The translations under genes and the position numbers were made by a program. Under the pieces are notes generated by a model. The model saw only the letters and a program-made list of their open reading frames with translations, did no database searches and was not told where the DNA came from. Shown piece after piece: positions 1 through 7,544 of a stretch of 32,000 nt of DNA. Position 1 is the first letter of the stretch, and the number at the start of each line of letters is the position of its first letter. The DNA is from Candidatus Korarchaeum cryptofilum OPF8 (GTDB lineage Archaea; Korarchaeota; Korarchaeia; Korarchaeales; Korarchaeaceae): assembly GCF_000019605.1 (NCBI RefSeq), contig NC_010482.1, positions 480,001 to 512,000 of the forward strand. The letters are read 5' to 3'.

Positions 1-504
1 GAGTATTATTCTGGGCTTGATTATCCCAGAGACGAAAGCATTGGCTTCCTTAATCCTCTCAAGCTTAGCTACATATACTTTGTAGGGAACTGGATAGTCC
101 AATGGCTCGATTCTCGTGAATAAACCCAGGGGGAACTTAAATGAGAGGATGAGATAACCTATGAAGCCCAAAGGGGCGAGGAAGATGACCTCAAACGGAG
201 ACCCAGCTTTCATAGAGGCGAAGAATGGGAATAGCATGATAGATTGGAATAAGAGGATCGAGAGGACTTCGTCCAGGAACTCCGGGCTCAGCAGTATTTC
301 TAGGAGCTCCCCCTCATAGAGTCGCCTGTAGTAAATTGAGGAAGCGGATACAGCCAAAGCTATCGCTGAGAGCACTAAGATGAAGAGTGCGCTGAGGATG
401 CTCAATAGACCGGAGATGAAAGCGATCTCTATAGCGATCGGGATCGCTATGAGAAGGGAGGAGAAGATTATTAGGAAGATTTTAATCTTTGTCAGCGGTT
501 CCAT
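1..504 (-). CDS. Integral membrane protein of unknown function; C-terminal part runs off the window start
   Basis: ATG at 504-502 (reverse strand reads ATGGAACCGCTGACAAAG = MEPLTK). I translated the frame by hand and it stays open to position 1 (168 codons). The N-terminal half is hydrophobic helices (IFLIIFSSLLIAIPIAIEIAFISGLLSILSALFILVLSAIALAV). It is absent from the ORF track because it is truncated. Confidence 0.5.
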   Translation of the reverse strand, partial: MEPLTKIKIFLIIFSSLLIAIPIAIEIAFISGLLSILSALFILVLSAIALAVSASSIYYRRLYEGELLEILLSPEFLDEVLSILLFQSIMLFPFFASMKAGSPFEVIFLAPLGFIGYLILSFKFPLGLFTRIEPLDYPVPYKVYVAKLERIKEANAFVSGIIKPRIIL

Positions 505-675
505 ATTCCAGTCCCCGCACTGGTCAGGCTCATAGAGTCACAATCTAACAACTAATAAGAGATTAATAAAGTTTCTGACGGATTGAAATTAGAAAGTTCT
601 TGCGGGTTCTGACTCTCATACCAACATAATTTTCCTTAAGCTCATTTCGGAGAGCAGACCTCAGATTTCCACTCT

Positions 676-1128
676 TCAATCGATTAGTCTCACTCCATAT
701 ACTTCTTCCGCGTATGCAGCCACTATCTCTAAAATCTTTTTCGCTTTTTCGTATAACTCCTCTGCTTTTTTCAGATCGTATAGGCTGGATGGGATCACGA
801 GCTTCCCGAACTTCCTCATCGGATACCTGCTCCTCAGCCACTCTTTCTCCAGATCTATCAGATCCTTGGCTATCTCCGATAGCTTTTCCGACCATTCATC
901 AGGCGATCTCGATACCACAACGCTCACGAAGTGGGAGGCTACGAGTTGCTCTGTAACTACTATATCATTCAGCAGCAGTATAGATTTCACAATTTTCTCC
1001 GCCGCTTGTTGAGCGTGATATACGGAATCAGCATATAGTCCATTCTCGAGAAGAACTCTCGAGCTCCTTAGATCCTCCTTCGCCCTTCTCGCGAACTCCC
1101 TAGCCATCTCCAAGTCGGGCAAAATCAC
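676..1128 (-). CDS. HEPN domain protein (partner of the upstream minimal nucleotidyltransferase)
   Basis: 150 aa. AREFARRAKEDLRSSRVLLENGLYADSVYHAQQAAEKIVKSILL is a typical HEPN helical signature. It overlaps the 3' end of the MNT gene by 29 nt, or 8 nt if the start is Met8 at 1107. Confidence 0.75.
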   Translation of the reverse strand: MILPDLEMAREFARRAKEDLRSSRVLLENGLYADSVYHAQQAAEKIVKSILLLNDIVVTEQLVASHFVSVVVSRSPDEWSEKLSEIAKDLIDLEKEWLRSRYPMRKFGKLVIPSSLYDLKKAEELYEKAKKILEIVAAYAEEVYGVRLID

Positions 1129-1477
1129 GCACCCCTCCCTTGTCGACGTGAATGGATCTAGCTCTCCTCAACGCTTCGCTCGCTCTCTCAATCCAGAAGT
1201 AGACGGGATATCTAGCGTATATTATCTCATATCCGGATATGACTGCTGAAACAAGGGGAGAGGCCCTCAACATCTCCTCTATGAAATCCTGAAGGGAGAT
1301 AACGATGATATGCTTTCCCTCCCTGTAGATAACTTCACCTCCTTCGCTTCTCGTTATCACCAAGATGTCCTCATCAGATGATTCACGCGAATATCCCTTG
1401 ACCCTCGATCCGAACTTTATTATCCCCATCACATCATCTTGTCTCAGGCCTATCTCACTCAGAAGCTGAATTTCCAC
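1100..1477 (-). CDS. Minimal nucleotidyltransferase (MNT, Pol-beta superfamily), HEPN/MNT pair
   Basis: 125 aa. FGSRVKGYSRESSDEDILVI matches the GS-x(n)-DxD nucleotidyltransferase motif. A TATA-like TTTATATT lies on the minus strand about 20-26 nt upstream of the ATG (1496-1503). Confidence 0.75.
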   Translation of the reverse strand: MEIQLLSEIGLRQDDVMGIIKFGSRVKGYSRESSDEDILVITRSEGGEVIYREGKHIIVISLQDFIEEMLRASPLVSAVISGYEIIYARYPVYFWIERASEALRRARSIHVDKGGVRDFARLGDG

Positions 1478-1575
1478 AGATCAACCCGCCCTTCACAATA
1501 TAAATTTCATGAGGAGTACTTCTTTGGTAGCACAAAATTTCCAGATCTCATACCGCGAGGATTCTCTGCTGGAGG

Positions 1576-1824
1576 TCATGTGATATTCGGTATCCTCGCC
1601 CTATACCTGTGTTCATCGAACTCCCCTACTGTCATGCCGGCGATCTTCGCTGCCCTGTATATGTCCCCTCTCTCGATGAAGTAAATTAATGCTGCCCTTA
1701 TATGCGGAGGCTGGGCTTTTATGAATTCCCAATCAGCCTTACTCCTCCTTATCTCCCTGAACTCCCTATCCTCCCTCTCCCACTCCTGAATGAGCTCAGG
1801 AGGGGGCTCTACCTCTTCAACCAT
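1576..1824 (-). CDS. UPF0175-family small protein (putative antitoxin), copy 1
   Basis: 82 aa. Its core EWEREDREFREIRRSKADWEFIKAQPPHIRAALIYFIE is identical to that of the 2361-2582 paralog. It overlaps the 3' end of the PIN-like gene by 16 nt. Confidence 0.7.
   Translation of the reverse strand: MVEEVEPPPELIQEWEREDREFREIRRSKADWEFIKAQPPHIRAALIYFIERGDIYRAAKIAGMTVGEFDEHRYRARIPNIT
1671..1787. repeat. 117-bp perfect direct repeat, copy A (inside UPF0175 copy 1)
   Basis: By base-by-base comparison, 1671-1787 is identical to 2456-2572. The match extends to 1662/2447 with one mismatch (1670 c vs 2455 t). The flanks diverge immediately on both sides. Confidence 0.9.
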
Positions 1825-2360
1825 TCTTTGAGCCTCCTAGTCGCAGCATCAACCCTTCTCTTATTAAAAATGTGTCTTGCATCTTCCTCATACTCCCTCA
1901 AGATCTCAAGGAACTCGTCCATAGAGCTCACGCTGATCAGCCCATTGTAGATGGAGTTCTCGAGGACTTCTAGGGAGGTCCAGACCTTCACCCTCGAGTA
2001 AATAGGGTGGAACTGAGTTACCCTCAAAACCCCTAAGTTCTCACTGAGGAGAACAGATCCTGTCCTATGGGCGATCACTAAGCAGAGAAGATCGGGACGC
2101 TCTAGAGATGGTATCCTCGGATCCAGAGAGACCTCATCCCTGAGCTTACTGTACTGCCTTTCATCGTCCGGAGACCATGGGTAGAGCCTTAAGAGGCCGC
2201 TTGCCAGGAGTGAAGAGACATACTCAATAGCTGGTGGGGATCTGAGCTGTAAAAGAGTCTCCTCATGGATCAAGAGGAGATCAAAGAGCTTTTCAAGGAT
2301 TCCCTTCCTCCTATACCTACTCCAATCTATTAAGAAGCATGCATCAGCAACTCCTCTCAC
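1809..2360 (-). CDS. PIN-like (DUF3368-type) putative toxin
   Basis: 183 aa with a GTG start directly after the stop of the upstream UPF0175 gene (…GTC TAG GTG AGA). The N-terminal VADACFLID has the acidic residue typical of PIN strand 1. UPF0175 + DUF3368 is a known pairing. The family call is from memory. Confidence 0.55.
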   Translation of the reverse strand: MRGVADACFLIDWSRYRRKGILEKLFDLLLIHEETLLQLRSPPAIEYVSSLLASGLLRLYPWSPDDERQYSKLRDEVSLDPRIPSLERPDLLCLVIAHRTGSVLLSENLGVLRVTQFHPIYSRVKVWTSLEVLENSIYNGLISVSSMDEFLEILREYEEDARHIFNKRRVDAATRRLKEWLKR

Positions 2361-2582
2361 CTAGACCACCACCGGTATGTTTGCCCTCCTCCTTATCTCA
2401 TCGAACTCATCCAGTGAAAGGCCGGCGATCCTTGAAGCCACGTATCTGTCCCCTTTCTCGATGAAGTAAATTAATGCTGCCCTTATATGCGGAGGCTGGG
2501 CTTTTATGAATTCCCAATCAGCCTTACTCCTCCTTATCTCCCTGAACTCCCTATCCTCCCTCTCCCACTCCTCAGCTCCCAT
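2361..2582 (-). CDS. UPF0175-family small protein (putative antitoxin), copy 2
   Basis: 73 aa. It is a paralog of 1576-1824, and its stop codon abuts the toxin GTG start. Confidence 0.7.
   Translation of the reverse strand: MGAEEWEREDREFREIRRSKADWEFIKAQPPHIRAALIYFIEKGDRYVASRIAGLSLDEFDEIRRRANIPVVV
2456..2572. repeat. 117-bp perfect direct repeat, copy B (inside UPF0175 copy 2)
   Basis: Same comparison as copy A. The offset between copies is 785 bp, and the whole PIN-like ORF lies between them. Confidence 0.9.
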
Positions 2583-2644
2583 ATTCCCATGAAAATGTAC
2601 GACTAATTTAAGTTTATGTCCTCCCTTCTATCTCCAGAAAATTC

Positions 2645-2790
2645 ATTGCTCAAACGTCTGCAGGAGGCACTTCTCAAACTGACTTTAAGGACGCTTCTCA
2701 AGGTAGTGGTTCCATGGGAGGAGGCAGAGGAGTCGATCCAATGGAGCATCTGCTCGCGATAATACTTGAGGAAGTTAGCTCACACCTCTT
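2645..2790 (-). pseudogene. Decayed N-terminal remnant of a PIN-like toxin paralog
   Basis: The minus-strand translation reads T R G V S * LPQVLSR ADAPLDRLLCLLPWNH YLEKRP * SQFEKC LLQT. Compare the intact toxin MRGVADACFLIDWSRYRRKGILEKLFDLLLIHEETLLQL: RGV, ADA..LD, (I/Y)LEK and LLQ occur in the same order. The remnant has in-frame stops and an insertion. Confidence 0.4.
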
Positions 2791-2811
2791 GTTGCCTCAT
2801 CCATTGTAATT

Positions 2812-2990
2812 GGATCCTCCCTCCAGGTATTTTCCCGAGTCAAGGAGAGAGGCTGGGAGAGCAGAGTGAGAATAGAAGGAATAAAAGCACCTGTTTATGA
2901 CATCTACTCAGCTCCCAGGGGTGGATTTGAGGTCTGCCTGCGAGCTCAATCCCCTAGCGAAGGTTTCGAGATCCTCGGGCTCTTGAATCC
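2812..2990 (-). pseudogene. Decayed UPF0175 antitoxin remnant (relic 1)
   Basis: The minus-strand translation QEPEDLETFARGLSSQADLKSTPGS* aligns with EREDREFREIRRSKADWEFIKAQPP. Further 3', SLSP*LGKIPGG aligns with LSLDEFDEIRRRANIPVV. It sits directly upstream of the PIN relic, the same order as the intact module. Confidence 0.4.
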
Positions 2991-3000
2991 TCTTAGATGA

Positions 3001-3185
3001 TCATAGTATCCTCGCCCTATAACTACTGAGCTTTACTGTCATACGGTAATTCCCGCTGTCCTGTAGTCATTTCTCGATGGATGAATTTCTGAAATGACCT
3101 CTAAGTCACAGCCTATATGCCTGCCGGATATTCTTAAGCTTAACGAGACCAAACGTTCAATTCCTCCCGACTTCTTGCGAAAAAG
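3001..3185 (-). pseudogene. Decayed UPF0175 antitoxin remnant (relic 2), abutting the stop of the membrane-protein gene
   Basis: At nucleotide level, ATGACAGTA and TATAGGGCGAGGATAC (3005-3042, reverse strand) match the 3' end of copy 1 (1590-1640), with a deletion between them. Upstream, W SR*A*EY P AG I *A aligns with W EFIKAQP P H I RA. Several in-frame stops are present. Confidence 0.4.
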
Positions 3186-4232
3186 CTATCTCTCATAATT
3201 CGTTAGGAGGAAGGCCTCGTTATGCTTTATCAAACTACATAAATTTCTAAGAGAGAGGACAAAAGCGTAAATAGATATGAATAGCAGGGGGAGATGTAGA
3301 ACTCCATTCCACCATAGATCAGGCATGATCAAGAAATTCCCTATCATGTTCCAGAAACCGATAATTATTCCGAGGAGGCCCGTGAGACGCAGTGTCACCA
3401 CGTTAACCTTAGGATAATAAAGGGTAAGTATTCCAAGGTACACGGGAGTCATAGTGCAAAATGCTAAGCCTGAGGTATTAGTAATTAAATAAATTGGATT
3501 GAAATCCGGTCTTGCCGATTCAAGATCTATCGGATACCAGAAAGCTAAGAATGCTAATGGAACGACCCAGTATCTCGAGATAGGTAACTTCCGGGGAGTG
3601 AAATCGTTCCTATTGATGAAAGCTTCCAATATCCAGGAGAGAGCCACGACTATCATGAGGACGAAATTGCCCGTCACTATTCCGAGGCCGTACTCATCTG
3701 TTATAGCGATACCTTGGAGGAATGCGGAGAGGAAATAATTGATACCGGCATAAAGAGAGAATATCCTACTGACTCTATTTTTAAACAGAATTAAAGCAAA
3801 AATCAGAATAATTGGAATGATTTTGAAAATAGGATAGAGAGGAGATAAAGAATTAATCAAGGAATTCGTGAGTATATATATTATGATATCGCCCGTCTTG
3901 GAAGGATCGTAACCTTTCGTGACAATGGGTGGGGTTACTGTTCCGATCAGAATGAAAAGAGTTAAAAACCACCATCTCCGAGTTATCAGCTCAAGCCTCC
4001 CCTGGATCCTCTCGAGTCCCATCATAAGCACTCCTGATGTTCCCCAGCGGGCAGCGCTTATAACAATATATGGGACTCTCGGATTGAGAGTGAATTTCCG
4101 CTCAATTAGGCATTTGCTAGCGTAGAGAGTACATTTAAACTCAGAGAACTTAGCGTTCCATTGGATGAGAAAATAGAACTTCTGGAGATCCTTCCAAATT
4201 ACTTCCTTCAAACCTCTCCATTCTTTTCGCAA
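3186..4232 (-). CDS. Polytopic membrane protein of unknown function (about 8 predicted TM helices), AT-rich gene
   Basis: 348-aa ORF. From Met70/71 (about 4025) the sequence is a run of hydrophobic helices (WWFLTLFILIGTV, IIPIILIFALILF, FVLMIVVALSWIL, WVVPLAFLAFWYP, LLGIIIGFWNMIG, LPLLFISIYAFVL). The first 69 codons may not be translated. A TATA-like CATATATTGTTATAAG lies at 4058-4074 on the minus strand. Confidence 0.55.
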   Translation of the reverse strand: MRKEWRGLKEVIWKDLQKFYFLIQWNAKFSEFKCTLYASKCLIERKFTLNPRVPYIVISAARWGTSGVLMMGLERIQGRLELITRRWWFLTLFILIGTVTPPIVTKGYDPSKTGDIIIYILTNSLINSLSPLYPIFKIIPIILIFALILFKNRVSRIFSLYAGINYFLSAFLQGIAITDEYGLGIVTGNFVLMIVVALSWILEAFINRNDFTPRKLPISRYWVVPLAFLAFWYPIDLESARPDFNPIYLITNTSGLAFCTMTPVYLGILTLYYPKVNVVTLRLTGLLGIIIGFWNMIGNFLIMPDLWWNGVLHLPLLFISIYAFVLSLRNLCSLIKHNEAFLLTNYER

Positions 4233-4469
4233 TATTCTTGAATGCCATGCTGTTTAGCTCAATGATTGTTCAGCTAGTGTGAATGTCAGTTGCACTCCCT
4301 CCGCTATCCACAGCGGGTAGAGGAGAACCTCTCGCAAAATATGCCTCAGATCGGATATGAAGCATTTTTGTGAGGATCGTGAGTGGATACCGATCTCAGT
4401 GGCAAGGAGGAAGTTTGAGCACCTTTTCCCCGGAAGTCATAGAAGATTAGCTGAAGCTTAAAGGCACGA

Positions 4470-4913
4470 TCATTTAGAGGAGCTAGTTATGAGCTTGAAG
4501 TCCTCCTCGGGGATCTCCCTCATTGCCTTCCCCATGAGATGACCCGTCCACTTCCTCTTGTTCTCTATGAACTTCAAGTCCGGTATGAGCTTCTTGAAGT
4601 CAACTGGCTCCTCGAATATCTTGACAGGCCTCAACCTCACCCTCAGGGGGAATGCCTCATTCCCCATCTCCGGAGGGGACTTGAATATCCTGGAGGAGTC
4701 CCTGAACACCTCCGATACTGCTTCATAGACAGCGACTACCTTAGGTCCCTCTATCTCCTTCCCCACTCCCCTCTGCTTCACATATATCAGGAGGAGATCC
4801 CCGGGCTTCACTCTAGATATAGCGTTCTTGTGCCTCTCCGGAACCCCCCATACGTTCTTCTCCTTTATGATCTCCCAGTTCTCCTGCGTTGTTATGCAGA
4901 GCCAGTAAGTCAT
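4470..4913 (-). CDS. EVE / PUA-like domain protein (archaeal UPF0310-type)
   Basis: [45 protein letters not shown] matches the N-terminal signature I recall for the UPF0310/EVE family. I prefer the ATG at 4913 over the track's TTG at 4937 because a TATA-like ATATTTAAATT lies about 30 nt upstream of it. Confidence 0.65.
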
Positions 4914-5094
4914 ATGGCTAGAGGGGCTCAGCTTCAATTTAAATATTGAGTTTTCCGGGTTATTCCGTTCGATTTTAAATAATTATTAGAAGAAGTAATG
5001 ACCTAGGTTCTAGTGGAGCAGCTGAGAGCTTAGATTCTCATCGATATAATAGCTAAATAGATTTATATTTTAGAATATTAAAGAAAAAATAGAT

Positions 5095-5322
5095 ATGGAG
5101 AGTGCAGCAGAAGTTCATGAACTAATCTCTAATTGCGAAAGTATAGATTTATCCATGAATAATGTTTATTTATATGAGAGGGCAGGTTTTGAAGTAAATT
5201 TTCATGAATATAGCGAAACTTATAATCAGAGTGTCATCATATATTCTACTAGTTCAGAAAGGCATGTTCTCCATTTATACCTAAAATTTTATAAACGACT
5301 TTACCTATTCTATGGTCAGTGA
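5095..5322 (+). CDS. Hypothetical 75-aa ORF in an AT-rich leader region (doubtful)
   Basis: The only support is that the frame is open. I recognise no motif. Its 3' end contains the TATA box of the next gene and overlaps that gene's start. Confidence 0.2.
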   Translation: MESAAEVHELISNCESIDLSMNNVYLYERAGFEVNFHEYSETYNQSVIIYSTSSERHVLHLYLKFYKRLYLFYGQ

Positions 5323-5518
5323 GAAGTTGGGGGAGACTACTGTAATCACTAAAGCGACATCAAAAAGCAGATCATTAAGAGTGACTATTCCTATAGGTAT
5401 CGTTAAACAATTCAATCTCTCAGAGGGCGATAAGCTTAGTTGGGAAATCAGAGCAGAAGGAGGGGAGCTAATAATTATAGTGAGACCGCTAAAAGGTAGG
5501 GGGAAGGATGAGGATTAG
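5312..5518 (+). CDS. AbrB/SpoVT (swapped-hairpin) family DNA-binding protein; candidate controller of the adjacent methyltransferase
   Basis: 68 aa. SRSLRVTIPIGIVKQFNLSEGDKLSWEI is the classic AbrB/MazE-type looped-hinge motif. TTTTATAAA lies about 21 nt upstream of the ATG. The 3' end overlaps the methyltransferase start by 11 nt. Confidence 0.7.
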   Translation: MVSEKLGETTVITKATSKSRSLRVTIPIGIVKQFNLSEGDKLSWEIRAEGGELIIIVRPLKGRGKDED

Positions 5519-7544
5519 CGATATATTAAAAAAGCTAGACATAGAGCCCATTAATGAGGAAAGCTTTCAAATTCTCGTCGCTAGTTTGAAAACAATATTA
5601 AAGTATGCTGGAGACATAGAATCATTGATGGAATGGGATGCTCCAGTGATAACAAATTTCAATAAATTGAACTCCGATGAGATTAAATTCATTAAATCCG
5701 AAGTACAAAAAACAAATCTTTCAATTAGAGAGTGCCAGACAAGAGTTCAAAAGATAGTCCCGCAGGAGAAGAGAAAAAAATTTGCAGTATACTATACTAT
5801 AAAACAAGGAACAAATCTTATGGCATCAATTGTCGAAGAATATCTATCATCAAGGGATGGTAAAATAGTTCTCGCGGACCCGTTCCTTGGTTCTGGTTCT
5901 ACACTAACGACCACAATTGAAAGAGTAGGAGCTGAAAGAATAGAAAAAGTATGGGGCATAGAGCCGTTACCTTTACCTGCTTTGGTTGCTTATGCATCAT
6001 TAATTCACTCCATGAATGGTAAAAAAGATGCTATTACTGTAATAGTTGGAGATGCTTTTGAGGAAATTCCTAAGGTTTCTTCTCCATTTATGCAATCCAA
6101 ACTGTCAAAAGCAGACATAATCCTAACGAACCCTCCCTTCACTAGATGGAAATACCTAGAGAGAAACTATCGGGAAAATATTCTGTCTGTAGTAGAAAGA
6201 TTAGGATATAAAAAATATATAACTAGAAGAGAAGTTAGTCTTCAAACGCTATCTATGTTCCTCTGCGATCATATTTTAAACAGTGGTGGTTTGCTCATCT
6301 CCGTCCTCCCGGCATCGACATTTTACACGATATACGGGAAGGGATATAAGTCTCTATTGAGAGAGAGGTACGATATAATTGCAATGATTGAGTGCAGATC
6401 AAGGGCATCTTTTTCAGAAGATAGTGGATTCAAGGAAATTATAATAGTGGCTATAAAGGGTTCTAATAAAAGGCCTACAGCGATTATCGGGCTAGACAAT
6501 AACATCGAAGAAGTAGCTAAGGACATTACAAGTAGTAATATAATGCACCATGATACAGTAGACCTCCATAGCCTACCGCGATTCTTAGATATTAATTGGT
6601 TGGCCCTTTTTGAGGAAAATAGAGTGAGAGATCTTATCATCCATATATTCAATCAAGGATTAAAGAATGGAACATTAGGATATTGGAGCGAGATACTCGG
6701 TAAAGATAGCATCGTCCGAGGAGTTGAAATATATGGGCCGGAATTCTTCTTTATTCCGAATAGGTACTGGAATATCATAGAAGAGCAGGATAACTTCATA
6801 AAGATGAGAGGAAAAGATAGAGAATTGATCATTAACAGAGATTTTCTTGTGAGAACTCTCCGTAAACCGAGCCTTTATAGTCATAAAATAGAGGCAGATG
6901 TCAGAACATTCATGCTTTCAATTCCTCAAGTTGAGATTGAGGATTTACCGCACGATTTAAGGGAGTACATCAGATGGGGATCCGATTCGGGCACGGCGAA
7001 ACCCGCTATGGATGCTTATGGAAGATTCTGGTATAGTCATGTTCATAGACAAATAAAGACCAAGGAACCTTTTGGACATGTTTTTATACCTGATAAGGTG
7101 GATCTTCTCTTTAAAAATAGAGGGGTGTTTGCAAATTATACTAAAGAACGAGTAGCTGCATCCAAAAACTTCTATATTGTCAAAGATGAAGATGAAGCTC
7201 GTACAAAAATTCTTATCGGATGGCTTAGCAGTACTATTTTCATCTCAGTTCTAGTGTTATTGGGTAGAAAGATATCGGAGACATGGACCAGATTTTTAGA
7301 AAATGATTATCTCGAATTACCTGTAATAAATTTGAACAAAGAAGATGAAACTATGTCGGAAGTGATCGGAAAAGTCGATAGAATACTAACTAAACACCTC
7401 CCACCTTTATGGGAACAGTTAGGGGAGGAATACAGATATGAACTCGATCTGGCCATCGCTAGGTTCATCGGGCTAGAGAACCCGGAAAGAGTTGTTGAAA
7501 ATCTATACCAATTACTCAGTAATCGATTATACAAAATTCAATAG
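5508..7544 (+). CDS. N6-adenine DNA methyltransferase, gamma class, with a large C-terminal (target-recognition?) region
   Basis: 678 aa. Motif order is FAVYYT (motif X-like), then VLADPFLGSGST (motif I, FxGxG), then ILTNPPFTRW (motif IV, NPPF). About 400 aa follow the catalytic core. Codon usage is strongly AT-rich compared with the flanking native genes. Confidence 0.85.
   Translation: MRISDILKKLDIEPINEESFQILVASLKTILKYAGDIESLMEWDAPVITNFNKLNSDEIKFIKSEVQKTNLSIRECQTRVQKIVPQEKRKKFAVYYTIKQGTNLMASIVEEYLSSRDGKIVLADPFLGSGSTLTTTIERVGAERIEKVWGIEPLPLPALVAYASLIHSMNGKKDAITVIVGDAFEEIPKVSSPFMQSKLSKADIILTNPPFTRWKYLERNYRENILSVVERLGYKKYITRREVSLQTLSMFLCDHILNSGGLLISVLPASTFYTIYGKGYKSLLRERYDIIAMIECRSRASFSEDSGFKEIIIVAIKGSNKRPTAIIGLDNNIEEVAKDITSSNIMHHDTVDLHSLPRFLDINWLALFEENRVRDLIIHIFNQGLKNGTLGYWSEILGKDSIVRGVEIYGPEFFFIPNRYWNIIEEQDNFIKMRGKDRELIINRDFLVRTLRKPSLYSHKIEADVRTFMLSIPQVEIEDLPHDLREYIRWGSDSGTAKPAMDAYGRFWYSHVHRQIKTKEPFGHVFIPDKVDLLFKNRGVFANYTKERVAASKNFYIVKDEDEARTKILIGWLSSTIFISVLVLLGRKISETWTRFLENDYLELPVINLNKEDETMSEVIGKVDRILTKHLPPLWEQLGEEYRYELDLAIARFIGLENPERVVENLYQLLSNRLYKIQ

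Noticed and set aside
563-956. ORFs 563-895 (-) and 714-956 (+) overlapping the HEPN gene
   Set aside because: They are alternative frames of the HEPN coding region with no recognisable motifs. The HEPN frame has a clear family signature.
4233-4469. Search for a small gene or ncRNA in the 237-bp spacer between the membrane-protein and EVE genes (33-aa ORF MKHFCEDREWIPISVARRKFEHLFPGSHRRLAEA; weak hairpin ccgct-atccac-agcgg)
   Set aside because: The ORFs are short and carry no motif or promoter signal I can support. The hairpin stem is only 5 bp. This remains unexplained sequence, not a feature.
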